From the IMG/VR virus record IMGVR_UViG_3300028394_000040: a DNA stretch of 64,000 bases; one strand, written 5' to 3'. The notes beneath the pieces were generated by a model. That model saw nothing but the letters and a program-made list of their open reading frames with translations, made no database searches and was not told the origin of the DNA. Origin of the DNA: a virus. Shown one piece after another: positions 46,211 through 55,967 of the stretch; the first letter of the stretch is position 1; each line of letters starts with the position of its first letter. The position numbers were made by a program, and so were the translations under genes.

Positions 46211-47758
46211 TTATTTATTTTCTAATAGGGTTACTTTGGCTGAAAGTTCTTTTATAGCCTCTATTAATACAGGAATAATTTGATTATAAGAAACTCCTTT
46301 AATCCCATCAGTACAAGTACTAACGGCATACGGAAGTATTTTTTCAACCTCTTGAGCAATTACTCCATATTGATATTCATCATCTGCTTTCCACTGGTAA
46401 GAATAACCATTTAATTCCATTAATTTATCAATAGGATTATCAATGATTTGAAGGTTTTTCTTCAATCTTAAATCTGAGTTAGCAGTTATATTTCCCGTTG
46501 CATAAATAGCACCCGACACATAAAGCCTATATCCTCCATCGGTCAAAGTTCCCATTGAATTATTACCGTTTGTGTGAAGACATATTTGTCCATCAGTGCT
46601 ACTTGCTCTTAATTCAAATTTAGTATAAGTAGATAATGCCTCATTAATACCAACAAGAGAATAATATGAAGTATTGCCAGTTGTACCAAACATTCCAATG
46701 CTTGAATTACCAAAGAAAACATTACCACTAACTTGTAATTTAGTGCCAGTTGAATTACTTGTTGTTGTATTTATTAATACATTTCCATTAAAGGTAATAG
46801 CATTTGTAGATTTAATAATCTTCATTGCCATTGTACCATTACTATTGTATAACTCAAAGTTATTATCCTCTGAAGCTGCACCATTACCTAAATACCATTG
46901 ACTAACTCCACTTTGTTGAAATTCTATACTTGCTCCTTTATTTACTACACCATTTAAAAGTAATTTTACATTAGTTGCTGCAACTGCGCTACCAATTATT
47001 ACGTTGCCAGCAGCAGTAATGCGCATTTTTTCATTCCCATTAGTACCAAATCGCAAATTACCATTCATATTATTTCTAATGAATGTATCGGTAGCACTAT
47101 CTCCTCCAACAAATAATTCTAAATTACCAGTTGTATTTCTAAGTTGAATACCAGCATAAGCAGAACTACCTCCGACTGAAATACCAACCGTTGTAGCAAC
47201 ACCAAAATTAAGATTTGTTGTAGCGCCAATCCCAATGCTTGTTCCATCATCATAAATTGCACTATTCCCTATCGTACCACTTGCTGTAAACTTAGGCACA
47301 TAGTTAGCAGTACCGCTTCCTACTACGGCAGTAGTTCCGTTTATAGCTAAGCTACCTGTTATACCTACGCTTCCGGTAAGCTCTTGTACATTACTCAATG
47401 AAGAACCGATCTTATTACTACCGGTAGTAAATAAGACAGAAGACGTTACTGTCTGTACTATAAGGGTTTGTGCTGTAATAGAACCTAAAACCGTAGCATT
47501 ATTACGTACATATAATGTATCTGCCGAAGATGCAGTCATGGCATTAGAGCCAGTCAATGCATTTAATCCATAGCTAGAAGAAACGGCTGTTGTTGCAAAA
47601 GAAGCAGTACCGCTTAAAGTAGTAGTACCTAATGTTAACGTTGTAACAGAAGAGAAATCTAAAGCAGATCCAGAGAACGACATAGCTCCTGCATTAGAGG
47701 CAGATATCTGTGCTACTACCGTTCCGCTATTATTTTTAAATCGAAATTGTCCTGCCAT
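46211..47758 (-). CDS. Tail fibre/RBP 9 with S74 chaperone
   Basis: Shared module; SDLRLKKN..GVIAQEV..LIEAIKEL. Confidence 0.85.
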   Translation of the reverse strand: MAGQFRFKNNSGTVVAQISASNAGAMSFSGSALDFSSVTTLTLGTTTLSGTASFATTAVSSSYGLNALTGSNAMTASSADTLYVRNNATVLGSITAQTLIVQTVTSSVLFTTGSNKIGSSLSNVQELTGSVGITGSLAINGTTAVVGSGTANYVPKFTASGTIGNSAIYDDGTSIGIGATTNLNFGVATTVGISVGGSSAYAGIQLRNTTGNLELFVGGDSATDTFIRNNMNGNLRFGTNGNEKMRITAAGNVIIGSAVAATNVKLLLNGVVNKGASIEFQQSGVSQWYLGNGAASEDNNFELYNSNGTMAMKIIKSTNAITFNGNVLINTTTSNSTGTKLQVSGNVFFGNSSIGMFGTTGNTSYYSLVGINEALSTYTKFELRASSTDGQICLHTNGNNSMGTLTDGGYRLYVSGAIYATGNITANSDLRLKKNLQIIDNPIDKLMELNGYSYQWKADDEYQYGVIAQEVEKILPYAVSTCTDGIKGVSYNQIIPVLIEAIKELSAKVTLLENK

Positions 47759-47761
47759 TTA

Positions 47762-49390
47762 TTATTTATTTTTTAATATTTCTATTTCTTCTTGCTGTAA
47801 ATCTATCTTTGCTGAAAGCTCTTGGATGGCTTTGGTTAATATTGGGACTAATTTAGAATAGTCTACTGCTTGTGGTTTAATAGTAGTATCCTCATTTATT
47901 GCGTCTTTTTCCCCAAATACCATATATGGTAATAATTCTTGTAGTTCGTGTGCTTTAACTCCGTATGCCCTTGTATTATCAATAGACCAAGCATAATTAT
48001 AAGTCTTAATTGCATTAATTAAACTTAATCCATTATAATCTTTAAAATCAGTTTTAAGTCTGTAATCTGAAGATGTATTGAAAGCAGTTGCTGATGTAGT
48101 TACTGTAATTGAACCAACATCTACATTGTTTCTTCTTATTCCCATAAATAAACCATCAGTAGTAGTTCTATTCCCATAAAACACATAACCTGTTCCTTCT
48201 ACCTGAATACTACTACCTGCTAATGTTGTCCCACTTGTGTTAGTTAAACCAGCATCTGTTCTACCTATCAATAGACTCCCCATTCTCATAGACATAACAT
48301 CGTAAATATTAGCCCCGACTTTCTGAGCAAATGTCCAAGTAATACCACCTGCCCCAGCATCTGTTGGATAGACATTCATATAATAAGAGGCTGGGCTAAC
48401 TTTAGTTGTTAATTTTAATGCATCCCCACTGTAATTATCTGGTGAAGCTGCTGTAATACTACTTGCATACGTGGCGGCACCAGTAGAATTAACTGCAAAT
48501 TTAGATGTCGTAGTTCCTCCATACCAAGTCAAACTTGGAGTTCCACCAGTATTATAATTTATATCAAAATTATATGAAGCATCACCTCCTAATTTTGTAT
48601 TAGTTAAATAAATATTATTTCCAGCCAAAACGGTTATGGGTCCATTAACAGTTAAAGTTGTAGTAGGAGAACTCGTCCCAATCCCTACGCTGCCAGCAGA
48701 GGTGATTCGTACTGCATTCGTAATAGTTCCTGCTCTAAGAGTACGAATGTTTAAATATCCATTAGTTGCACTTTCATATTCTCCTGATATAGCAGCATAC
48801 CTAGTTGTTCCACTGCCAAAATCTATTTGCCCGCCATTTGTTGAGCCTGAACCATAAACTTCAATACCAGCATATCCAGAACCTCCAGATGGTGCTAATA
48901 TTGTTAATGCCCTACTGTAAAGACCTAGGTTTAAAATTGTTGTTCCAATACCAACATTTGTCCCATCATCATAAATCAAACTATTTCCTATCGTATTACT
49001 TGCAGTAAACTTAGGCACATAGTTTGCTGTACCACTACCTACTACAGCAGTAGTCCCGTTTATAGCTAAACTACCAGTTATACCAACGCTACCTGTTAAC
49101 TGTTGTACGTTACTCAAAGAAGAGCCAATGATATTGCTCCCAGTAGTAAATAAGACAGAAGATGTTATAGTCTGTATTATTAAAGTCTGTGCAGTTATAT
49201 TACCTGTAGCTGTAATGCTGCCGGATATAATTTGAGAACCAGAAAAGTAATTAGAGCCAGTTAAAGCATAGGAACCTGTCTTCTGTACTAGATTATTGAC
49301 ACTTGAAGTAGTGGCATACGTAGACAAGTCTTGTAATGAAGTTCCATTATAATTTAAACTACCTGTAATTAAAGGAGCATCTATTCTCAT
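47762..49390 (-). CDS. Tail fibre/RBP 8 with S74 chaperone
   Basis: Shared module; SDYRLK..AHELQ..VDYSKLVP. Confidence 0.85.
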   Translation of the reverse strand: MRIDAPLITGSLNYNGTSLQDLSTYATTSSVNNLVQKTGSYALTGSNYFSGSQIISGSITATGNITAQTLIIQTITSSVLFTTGSNIIGSSLSNVQQLTGSVGITGSLAINGTTAVVGSGTANYVPKFTASNTIGNSLIYDDGTNVGIGTTILNLGLYSRALTILAPSGGSGYAGIEVYGSGSTNGGQIDFGSGTTRYAAISGEYESATNGYLNIRTLRAGTITNAVRITSAGSVGIGTSSPTTTLTVNGPITVLAGNNIYLTNTKLGGDASYNFDINYNTGGTPSLTWYGGTTTSKFAVNSTGAATYASSITAASPDNYSGDALKLTTKVSPASYYMNVYPTDAGAGGITWTFAQKVGANIYDVMSMRMGSLLIGRTDAGLTNTSGTTLAGSSIQVEGTGYVFYGNRTTTDGLFMGIRRNNVDVGSITVTTSATAFNTSSDYRLKTDFKDYNGLSLINAIKTYNYAWSIDNTRAYGVKAHELQELLPYMVFGEKDAINEDTTIKPQAVDYSKLVPILTKAIQELSAKIDLQQEEIEILKNK

Positions 49391-52300
49391 TAGTTATTTA
49401 TTTTGCTTTCTAAATCTTTTACTTTTGCAGATAACTCTTTAACTGCGTTAACTAGTAATGCTGTTACTTTTGAATAGTCTAACACCATTATTTCTTCTTG
49501 GTTAAATTCTCTATACGAGATTAACTCAGGTTGTACTGCGTATACTTCTTGGGCTACTAATCCAATTTGTTTAGTTTTATCCCCGCTATATTCTGTAATC
49601 CAATCAAAGGTATATCCGTTTAATAATTCTATTTTATCTAAAGCTCCTTCTACTATTTCCAGATTAGTCTTTAATCGTAAATCAGATGTAGTATTAAAGT
49701 TATTAGCATCTACATCCCCGGAGAAGATACCTGAACCTGTTACGTTCATGCTTCCGGAGAATGAATAGTAACCGTTAGATCTATCTACAAATAACGAAGT
49801 AGTTCTAGCCCCTCCTTTAGAGATAATTGCATTACCTGATGTAGGTGTAACAAACGTAACTGTTAAAGTATTTACATCAGTAGCTGTTACTACTTGAGGT
49901 ATCATTAACTGGTCGTTATTATCGTAGATATCTACGTTTACGTACTTGTAATTTAATCCGTGATTAATTACCCAAGAACCAGTAGCACTTGTTTGCGTAA
50001 ATAAAAATCTATCTGCTTGTCCGGTAGAAATACCTCCTACAGAGACGTTAGCGTATCCGGCCTGTGCTACTGTAAAACGAACGCTAGTAGTATTGTTATC
50101 TACGCTGATAATCTCATCAGGTTGAATAACGTACCCTGTACTATCGTAAATTGTAACGTTTGGATAGTTATATTCTAAATTATGATTTACTGACCAAGTA
50201 TTAGCTGCAGAAGTCTGGCTATGTAGATACCTACTGTTATCTATATTAGCATTAGCAAAATCTACTGTACCAGATACAATAAATGTACCAGATACTAGAA
50301 GGCTACCAGTTATAACACCGGAACCAGAGAATGGAAAACCAGATCCGGCACCGCTACCAGAAATATATGATGCTGTAAATGCATACGATGCTGTCTGTGC
50401 GTTTAGTACATACGATGCTGTATATGAATTAGCAGCTTGTGATGCCGATATTGCATTCTGTACATATGAAGCAGTTAAAGCGTTAACAACATAGCTTGCT
50501 GTTTGAGCATTTGCTACATAAGACGCTGTCACTGCGAATGACGCACTCTGCGCATTTAAAACGTAAGATGCAGTAGGTACACTAGTTATCGGAGCCCATG
50601 AAGCAGAGTACGGAGACGCACTTCCTACAGTAAGGACATAGCCGGCGTAAGAAGCCGATATCGTTGGCAAGTCACCTCCTATGGTTGCTAAAGCATATCC
50701 AGAAGAGGCCGAGTCAAATAGTATAGTAGCAGATGCTGTTGTAGCTAAGATAATCGAAGTAGGTATTACCATTTCGAAGTTATCGTCAAAAGCCTGTACC
50801 ATTACGTACCTATCACCTAATGCATGATCAAAAGACCAGGTATTGGCTGTACTAAAGTACTGTCTTGCCGTTCTACCAGTTACTGTAGTAGGTGATCCAA
50901 TATTTGCTATCGCATATCCAGCTACGGCTGAACCGAAAGTTAATGTTAACGTATTAACATCGGTAGCAGTAATCGATTGGGGTACTATTACTTCATTCGA
51001 TGCGTTGTATACAGTTACGTTTGGATAACGATAATTTAACAGGTGATTAAATGTCCAAGTAGCAGATGGAGAAGATTGGGTAAATAATTTACCTCCTGCT
51101 ACTATTCCTGTAATGCCAGATCCGTCTCCAAAAAATGATCCTGTTATACCGCTTCCAGATACATTTAAACTACCAGTAATAACAGCTGAACCGCTAAAAG
51201 GAAAACCTACACCACCTCCTCCTCCGCCGTTTAGAGCAAAAGAAGCTGTTAAAGCATAGGAAGAAGATACTGCGTTGGCTACGAATGATGCTGTTAAGGC
51301 ATTTACTACGTAAGATGCTGTATAAGAATTAGCTGCTTGTGATGCCGATATTGCATTTGTTACATATGATGCTGTTAAGGCATTCACTACGTAAGAAGCA
51401 GTTAAGGCATTTACTACGTAAGAAGCTGTTCTAGCCGTATCTACGTAGCTGGCAGATTGGGCTAATGCTACAAAGGATGCAGTATATGCATTAGCTGCTT
51501 GAGATGCTGAAATTGCATTTACTACGTAAGAAGCAGTTAAAGCGTTTACTACGTAAGATGCTGTTAAAGCAAAAGAAGCAGTAGCCACAGACATCGATGA
51601 TGTTTGATTAGCCGTTATTACGTTAAACCCATTTAACTGTAAAGAACCAGTTATACCAGTAGATCCAGTTATTGCTTGGGTATCTGTTAATTGACTACCT
51701 AGTCTATTAGAACCGCTTGAAAAAACGATTGAGGATGTAATTGTCTGTACTACAAGTGTCTGTGCCGTTAATGTACCCCTTACTGTAAAGTTATCTGCCG
51801 TAGATGCTGTAGCTGCTAAAGAAGCAGATAAGGAATTTACTACGTAAGAAGCAGTCTGTGCATTAGCTACATAAGAAGCAGTAGTTGCTGTACCTAAAAG
51901 GGAGCCTGTAAATCCTAAAGTCGAAGTAACAGAGCCAGAAAAAATAGAAGAGCCAGTTACGCCTAACGATCCTGTAAATTGATGAGTATCTGTTAATAAA
52001 GTACCTACTTTTAAAGTTCCATCCAATCTAGTCGAACCAGATACATAAAATTTAGAAGGTATTGTGTAAATATTTGGGTAGTTAATTGCAACATTACCTG
52101 TAAAGGCTACGTTAGTTCCATTAGCAATTTGAAAAGCTCCACCCGTGGCATCCGAACCTAAGTTAAATACTTGTCCATTATTTGCAGCATTAGTAAATGC
52201 AAAACCACCACCAGGTCTTGATTGCATATAAAAACCTGGACTACTTCCACTAACGAATAATGCTAATTCAGAATAATTTTTTGAATTTATAGTAAGTCTT

Positions 52301-52857
52301 CTAATATCAGGTGATGTCGGACCAATATCTTCGCCAAAAATTATACTACCAGTACTAGTTTGGCGTAATATACTTTGACCTAAAACAGACCCCGATTTAA
52401 AGGGAAAGTACGTGTCTGATATATTTGATGGATTAATAGTACCATTTACGTCTAAAGATCCAGTTATGCCTACTGAGCCTGTAAACTGATGTGTGTTGGT
52501 TAATAATGAACCAAATTTAGTACTACCTGTTACAAAGTCTACTGAAGATGTAATGGTCTGTACTACTATCGTTTGTGCAGTTAATGTACCTCTTACTGTA
52601 AAATTATCTGCTGTAGATGCTGTTGCTGCTAAAGAAGCAGATAATGCGTTAGTAACGTAAGATGCAGTTAAGGAATTAGCTACGTAAGATGCTGTAGTTG
52701 AAAAAGAAGAAGATACTGCGTTAAGAACAAAAGACGCTGTAGTAGCTGTTCCCAATAAAGAACCGGTAATACCTTGTGTTGCAGTGATTGAACCCGTTAC
52801 CGTAAGCGGTCCTTGTATTTCTAACGAACCCGTAACTACCCCAGAATCTATTATCAT
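49390..52857 (-). CDS. Long tail fibre 7 with TASY repeats, HNL-type domains and S74 chaperone
   Basis: Two shared modules; W-x-x-x-H-x-L repeats; SDLRLK..GLVAQEV. Confidence 0.85.
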   Translation of the reverse strand: MIIDSGVVTGSLEIQGPLTVTGSITATQGITGSLLGTATTASFVLNAVSSSFSTTASYVANSLTASYVTNALSASLAATASTADNFTVRGTLTAQTIVVQTITSSVDFVTGSTKFGSLLTNTHQFTGSVGITGSLDVNGTINPSNISDTYFPFKSGSVLGQSILRQTSTGSIIFGEDIGPTSPDIRRLTINSKNYSELALFVSGSSPGFYMQSRPGGGFAFTNAANNGQVFNLGSDATGGAFQIANGTNVAFTGNVAINYPNIYTIPSKFYVSGSTRLDGTLKVGTLLTDTHQFTGSLGVTGSSIFSGSVTSTLGFTGSLLGTATTASYVANAQTASYVVNSLSASLAATASTADNFTVRGTLTAQTLVVQTITSSIVFSSGSNRLGSQLTDTQAITGSTGITGSLQLNGFNVITANQTSSMSVATASFALTASYVVNALTASYVVNAISASQAANAYTASFVALAQSASYVDTARTASYVVNALTASYVVNALTASYVTNAISASQAANSYTASYVVNALTASFVANAVSSSYALTASFALNGGGGGGVGFPFSGSAVITGSLNVSGSGITGSFFGDGSGITGIVAGGKLFTQSSPSATWTFNHLLNYRYPNVTVYNASNEVIVPQSITATDVNTLTLTFGSAVAGYAIANIGSPTTVTGRTARQYFSTANTWSFDHALGDRYVMVQAFDDNFEMVIPTSIILATTASATILFDSASSGYALATIGGDLPTISASYAGYVLTVGSASPYSASWAPITSVPTASYVLNAQSASFAVTASYVANAQTASYVVNALTASYVQNAISASQAANSYTASYVLNAQTASYAFTASYISGSGAGSGFPFSGSGVITGSLLVSGTFIVSGTVDFANANIDNSRYLHSQTSAANTWSVNHNLEYNYPNVTIYDSTGYVIQPDEIISVDNNTTSVRFTVAQAGYANVSVGGISTGQADRFLFTQTSATGSWVINHGLNYKYVNVDIYDNNDQLMIPQVVTATDVNTLTVTFVTPTSGNAIISKGGARTTSLFVDRSNGYYSFSGSMNVTGSGIFSGDVDANNFNTTSDLRLKTNLEIVEGALDKIELLNGYTFDWITEYSGDKTKQIGLVAQEVYAVQPELISYREFNQEEIMVLDYSKVTALLVNAVKELSAKVKDLESKINN

Positions 52858-52929
52858 TGTGTATCTTCTTTACTATAAATATTTTGTACTCTACTAAGTA
52901 TACTTTTTATTGCTAAGTATTACTATTCA

Positions 52930-54477
52930 TTAATATCCGTCTCTTAATTTAGTTGCTGTTACTGCTGCTGGACCTCTTGCTCCACCCCATCCAATATTAA
53001 CTGTATATCCTGAAAGAGTTATTCCTCCATTATTATTATTTGGACCTGGGTTATTATAAATTGCAGATATTGCATCTGAGCCTCCACCATAACCACTAAG
53101 ATGCATATAATACCACATAACACTATACGTTTCATTTATACCACCCCCACCTCTCATCATATATGCATTTATTAAATATATTCCAGGGTCTAATGCAGCT
53201 AAATTATATGATATAGTAGCACCAGCATAAGGTGTAGATGCACAAATTATTCCAAATTCTCCTTCAAATATAGAAGCATACATACCTCCAGTTGCTCTAA
53301 CACCTCCATTTACATAAACTTTTTCTCCTTGGTCTGTTGTAGTTCCTACAAGTAAATTCCCCCCACTTGTAATTCGCATACGTTCTCCAACAGAACTTCT
53401 TACAAACGTTAAATCTGTACTACTTCCACCATTAATCTCCCATCTATCTTCAGATGTTAAATTACTGCTAAAAAATAATCCTGTAGTTAAAGCTACTCTT
53501 CCTGTTACGTTTAATGTTCCTACAGTTCCATTAGTATTCCCAATCCCTACGTTGCCAGCAGAAGTAATTCGCATACGTTCAGTACCGTTTATAAGAGTTA
53601 CTAAAGGATACGCACCTGATGAGTATATAAATCTACCATAAGCAGTTCCTGTAAAGTTAGCTCCTGCAGAATCATCAATACCAACATACATTGTGCCAGA
53701 CGTATTAGTATACTGTGAGGTAACAAAATTTGTTGTTCCGCCGATATTAATACGAGCATTAGAAGTACCGGTAGAGTATGCATCAATCACATAGAGTGGA
53801 GAACTCGTTCCTATTCCTACAATACCACTAGAACTAACGAATAGACCATTAGGGTTTACCCTCAGGCTACCGCTAATAATATGATTATCAGTCAATGCGT
53901 TCCCTATGTTTACTCCGCCTGCGGTAACTTGGAACTCTGTTCCGTTAGTAAATACTGCTAAAGAGCCTGTTATCCCAACGCTACCAGTTAACTCTTGAGT
54001 ATTGCTTAAAGAACTACCGATCTTATTACTCCCCGTCGTAAACAAGACAGAAGACGTTACCGTCTGTACTATTAAGGTTTGTGCCGTAATAGAACCTAAT
54101 GCTGTTACGTTATTACGTACATACAAAGTATCTGCCGATGAGGCAGTCAAAGCATTAGAAGAAGATAAAGCATTTAGTCCGTAAGATGCTGTTGTAGCAG
54201 CTAAGGCATAACTAGAAGACGTACTGGCCAAGGCATAACTAGAAGACGTACTAGCCAAGGCATAACTTGCCGATGTACTGGCCAAAGCATAACTAGAAGA
54301 CGTACTGGCCAAGGCATAACTAGAAGACGTAGCCGTAGCAGAATAACTAGAAGAAACAGCTGTAGTTGCAAAACTAGCTGTACCTGTTAATCCTCCTACC
54401 ACATTTATTGAGCCAGATAAGATAGTGTTTCCTGTTACTGTTAAAGAACCAGATACGGTAGGTGAGTTTAATATCAT
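52930..54477 (-). CDS. Tail fibre/RBP 6 (no S74 domain)
   Basis: Shared module; ERMRITS repeats. Confidence 0.8.
   Translation of the reverse strand: MILNSPTVSGSLTVTGNTILSGSINVVGGLTGTASFATTAVSSSYSATATSSSYALASTSSSYALASTSASYALASTSSSYALASTSSSYALAATTASYGLNALSSSNALTASSADTLYVRNNVTALGSITAQTLIVQTVTSSVLFTTGSNKIGSSLSNTQELTGSVGITGSLAVFTNGTEFQVTAGGVNIGNALTDNHIISGSLRVNPNGLFVSSSGIVGIGTSSPLYVIDAYSTGTSNARINIGGTTNFVTSQYTNTSGTMYVGIDDSAGANFTGTAYGRFIYSSGAYPLVTLINGTERMRITSAGNVGIGNTNGTVGTLNVTGRVALTTGLFFSSNLTSEDRWEINGGSSTDLTFVRSSVGERMRITSGGNLLVGTTTDQGEKVYVNGGVRATGGMYASIFEGEFGIICASTPYAGATISYNLAALDPGIYLINAYMMRGGGGINETYSVMWYYMHLSGYGGGSDAISAIYNNPGPNNNNGGITLSGYTVNIGWGGARGPAAVTATKLRDGY
54195..54355. repeat. 27-bp coding tandem repeat (STSSSYALA)
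   Basis: ggcataactagaagacgtactggccaa-like units; boundaries approximate. Confidence 0.8.
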
Positions 54478-55967
54478 TGTAATTTAGCTTTTAATTCGTC
54501 TATTTGTGCTTGTTGTTCTTGGATTGCTTTTACTAAAAAAGGAACTAAATGTCCTGTATCTATAGACTTAAAATCCTCTATAAGACTATCACCTAATGAA
54601 TATTCTTTGTTATAAACATATTTAGGAAATACTGTTTCAAATTCTTGAGCAATAAATCCAATGTTATTTAATTTTATACTATCGTCCCAATTATTTTTTT
54701 CTGCAAATTCTTGTTTATAATTAAAAGAGACTGGATTTAAGGATGTTATCACATCTAAAGCGTTTGAAATAGTATTAATATTTTCTTTTACTCTAATATC
54801 TGATGTTTGCTGCCAAGTAGTAGTATTATTATAATTAAACACACTACCAGCATTATTCATAGATATAGCTTGTCTGCCACCAGCTGTGTATAAATTAAAA
54901 TTATCACTATACGCTCTTATCCAATGACTACCCCAAGTTCCTTCCATTCTTAATTCTGGACCTAATCCTCCACCGTATATATGGAGTTTTTCTCCCGGTG
55001 AACTTAATCCTATCCCTACGTTGCCACCATTAGCAATATAAAAAGCATTCCCTACAGAATAAGTATTGAATGCGTAATCCAATGAAGTAGAAGTTCCATA
55101 AGCAAATATAGTTCCATCACCGCCTGCATTATTTTGGAATCTAATTATTGCTCCAGAAGATTGGGATTTTAAATTTAATGTAGCAACCCCAACAGTAGTG
55201 TTAATTCTTACAGAGCCACCACTTGTAATTGACATTTTCTCTGAATCATTCGTATAGAAATATATAGCACCATTAGCTACATTGTTTAAATAAGCATCAC
55301 CACCATCTTGTTGTATATTTAATGGATTATATCCAGTTCTACCAATTTTAATACCTCCACCAGCTGCTCCTCTTATTTCTAATGTTTTATATGTAGAAAT
55401 TGGGCTAATAGAAGTTACTCCGATTCCAACATTACCACTTGAACTAACAAACAACCCGTTAGGGTTAATCGTAAAACTACCACTAACGACATGATTGTCA
55501 GTCAATGCATTTCCTATATTTACTCCGCCGGCGCTTACTTGGAACTCTGTTCCATTAGTATTGACAGATAAAGAACCTGTTATCCCTACACTCCCGGTAA
55601 GCTCTTGTACGTTACTTAAGGAACTACCTAACCTGTTACTGCCGGTAGTAAACAAGACAGAAGACGTTACCGTCTGTACTACAAGGGTTTGCGCAGTAAG
55701 CGTTCCTTGTATTACTTGTGCACCGGTAAAAGTATTAGAACCTGTTGTAGCATATACCCTTTCTATATTAGTTGTTCTAGTAGAGAAAGAACCACTAGCT
55801 GCTTCTAACGTAGTTGTTCTCAATGCAACAGAAGAAGAATAATTCGATACATCACCTGCTATACCTGCTATAGAACCGGAAAATGAGCCAGTAAATGAAC
55901 CAGATAAATTTGTGGTCCCTTGTGAAACTGTTGTCGTTCCTTTTAGTGTTGCTGAAAATATTTTCAT
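54474..55967 (-). CDS. Tail fibre/RBP 5 with S74 chaperone
   Basis: Shared module; SDIRVKEN..GFIAQE. Confidence 0.85.
   Translation of the reverse strand: MKIFSATLKGTTTVSQGTTNLSGSFTGSFSGSIAGIAGDVSNYSSSVALRTTTLEAASGSFSTRTTNIERVYATTGSNTFTGAQVIQGTLTAQTLVVQTVTSSVLFTTGSNRLGSSLSNVQELTGSVGITGSLSVNTNGTEFQVSAGGVNIGNALTDNHVVSGSFTINPNGLFVSSSGNVGIGVTSISPISTYKTLEIRGAAGGGIKIGRTGYNPLNIQQDGGDAYLNNVANGAIYFYTNDSEKMSITSGGSVRINTTVGVATLNLKSQSSGAIIRFQNNAGGDGTIFAYGTSTSLDYAFNTYSVGNAFYIANGGNVGIGLSSPGEKLHIYGGGLGPELRMEGTWGSHWIRAYSDNFNLYTAGGRQAISMNNAGSVFNYNNTTTWQQTSDIRVKENINTISNALDVITSLNPVSFNYKQEFAEKNNWDDSIKLNNIGFIAQEFETVFPKYVYNKEYSLGDSLIEDFKSIDTGHLVPFLVKAIQEQQAQIDELKAKLQ

Noticed and set aside
53601-53786. 61-aa minus-strand ORF
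   Set aside because: Alternate frame inside a fibre gene with no supporting features
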